A stretch of DNA of 63,925 nucleotides, the filler included, from Phoronis australis (lineage: Eukaryota; Animalia; Phoronida): NCBI GenBank assembly GCA_002633005.1. It is 5 parts of 5 records of this genome, joined end to end, with 100 filler letters (N's around TTAATTAATTAA, not from the genome) between each part and the next. Parts side by side here need not be neighbours in the genome. Positions count along the whole stretch, not along the records: positions 61,140 to 63,925 come from NMRA01003424.1; 4 more parts are not named here. The stretch is one strand, 5' to 3'. Under the pieces are notes generated by a model. The model saw nothing but the letters and a program-made list of their open reading frames with translations. It had not been told where the DNA came from and searched no databases. This document shows, piece by piece, positions 62,221-63,925 of this stretch (its first letter is position 1; each line of letters opens with the position of its first letter). The translations under genes and the position numbers were made by a program.

Positions 62221-63059
62221 TGTTCAATGCTAGTCACTGATCTCTTGTGTTCAACCCATGACGTCACATGGCGGGAAATGTGAAAATTTGCAAAATTGAA
62301 AGAAAAATCAAAATTTCGAGCTAATTACACAAAATAAACATGGATTTAGCTAAATTTTACGTCATACATTTAGTCTGTGGCCACCGATAATTCACAATGT
62401 GCAAAAACCCATGTTGTGTACTGTTTAATCCATTAAACATGCACAAAAGCGCAATTCACAGTGGTGCTCCCTTTTTTTTATTAGTTCGCCCGGCTTTTTT
62501 GTTACCAAAAGGTCCTCAAAGTCAGGAATTCGAGCCCCCCCATATTGAAGGCTGGGTGCGCGCATGATTTGTATGCGTATTTCAACACTTCAAATTTTAC
62601 TCATTTTCTGTAATTGCTGCGCAATGACTTTAGTTGTTGTCTGTTCCTTTTTGGACAATCAGTATGAAATGTTGAAGTACACATCCAAAACACACAAATC
62701 AACTTTTGATTTTAGAACACTCACTGTTATAAAATTTGTCTCAACTTGATGCGTACTCAGGCGAGAAGTGAATTCTGGGTTTGCAAAGAGCTGACACTTC
62801 ATTATTGCCTGAGTGCATGCCTGCCAAATAACATGTCACGTTGTTATAAACCAACTTGTAGAACCTGATCTGGAGCATTAGCAAGATAAGCACTCTTTTG
62901 AAGCTCTGAAGTCACCTCTAGTTTAAGTATGAACGAATAATTAATGACCAATTTCTTCATGGTAAATGGTTTTAATAAAAAATTGTGACGGAAGAAACAT
63001 TTATTGCTGCTTTAGTAAGTTACAGTTTGACTTTGTCATTGGTTAGGAGCAGAAGCAAC

Positions 63060-63150
63060 ATGGGCAACATCACATATATGACTGGTTGTTGTTGGACACA
63101 CAATGTGGGCAACACTATGTACATGGCTGGTTGTTGTTGGACACACAACG
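63060..63150. repeat. 45-bp tandem duplication
   Basis: TGGGCAACA...CTGGTTGTTGTTGGACACACAA x2. Confidence 0.85.
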
Positions 63151-63583
63151 TNGGCTTTAGCCCCCCACCCCCCAGTTTTTTCAGTGCTGCGTTGCCCATG
63201 TATGTACATGGCTGTATGTCAGTCACTCGGTAGTTACATCAGCAATGAGACGAGAGTGTGTGTTAATGTAGCTACAGTCAGGGTCATACACATTAAACAT
63301 TTGCTCTAATCTCTTAATCATATTAGCAATACCATCTTCTCTCGATCTGAAGCCATGTGTCTCCTGTCTGAAGCCATGCAGCCGCACCATTACTGGGGAA
63401 CAGGGCGCCTACCAAAAGGAAACCTTTTCAACTCACCTTGTTGAAGTTACAAGGAATGTTTTTAGATAGCTTTGCTTTGATGCTCTTTCTGTAAACTTGT
63501 ATTATTCCACTTGTTAAATTTTGCTAGTTCAACAAATGCAGACATAAAGCAAATTTGTAAATTTTGTGTTTTTGTCATTTCAG

Positions 63584-63925
63584 ACATCTGATGCAATGCC
63601 TTATAAAGATAATGCAAGAGTGTCTTCAAGACTAAGAGTACAAAGCAAAGATAAAAAGGGAAATGGAACTAAGAAAAAGGATATATTGGGGATAGAGAGA
63701 GACTCTGCTTCTATCACAGTCACTGAGAAACCATCATGTGAGGCTGCTGTGGACAAGATGGTTGTAGATAAAGTATTGTCCAGCAGTAACACGGAGTCCA
63801 GTAGAAGAAGGGTACTAATTAAGCCAAACAGATTCAATGTTATGCTGGATGAGAGTGAAGACAAGGGAAAGAAAAGGGAAAAGGTCTCTGTTGGTGTCCT
63901 TAGACATAGGAAATGTAAGGATGGA
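63584..63925 (+). CDS. Unidentified open exon, charged/low-complexity, running off the window
   Basis: TTTTTGTCATTTCAG acceptor followed by 114 uninterrupted codons TSDAMPYKDNARVSSRL...RHRKCKDG. Confidence 0.5.

Larger units (their letters stand above)
61199..62424 (+). mobile_element. Kolobok-like DNA transposon deletion derivative 2 (TTAA-flanked)
   Basis: TTAA|CGTGTACACAACATG ... CATGTTGTGTACTGT|TTAA; convergent THAP (+) and acidic KolX-like (-) fragments. Confidence 0.75.
61140..62566 (+). mobile_element. MITE family A copy split by the Kolobok-like insertion (61140-61198 and 62429-62566)
   Basis: Both halves align colinearly with 42185-42366, ending CTGGGTGCGCGCATG. Confidence 0.82.

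Noticed and set aside
61834-62283. 149-aa plus-strand ORF
   Set aside because: Starts inside a MITE and is the antisense shadow of the acidic minus-strand exon.

Overview
AT-rich, intron-containing animal (invertebrate-like) genomic DNA, not prokaryotic. Five contigs are joined by artificial 100-nt spacers (N44-TTAATTAATTAA-N44 at 23937, 40979, 54205, 61040), so adjacency across them is unproven. Host genes: the last three exons of cytosolic tryptophanyl-tRNA synthetase (WARS1, +); a complete barrier-to-autointegration factor gene (BANF1/BAF, -); the last four exons of an SLC2A/GLUT sugar transporter (-); an orphan MAEA exon fragment; and an unidentified open exon at the right edge. The rest is mostly decayed transposons: pogo with a PHD finger, two Kolobok-like THAP/KolX deletion derivatives, Gypsy, maT/Tc1, Helentron-type HINEs, hAT5-like and Harbinger-like MITEs, LINE fragments and tRNA-SINE heads. 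The top observation is a second, intact, diverged copy of the BAF terminal coding exon (28003-28149), absent from the ORF track. It has no exon 1 of its own, so one locus may make two BAF isoforms by alternative last-exon choice, one lacking C-terminal DNA-contact residues (BAF-L-like). A possible in-frame N-terminal extension exon lies upstream. All family assignments come from motif recognition by eye, not database searches.
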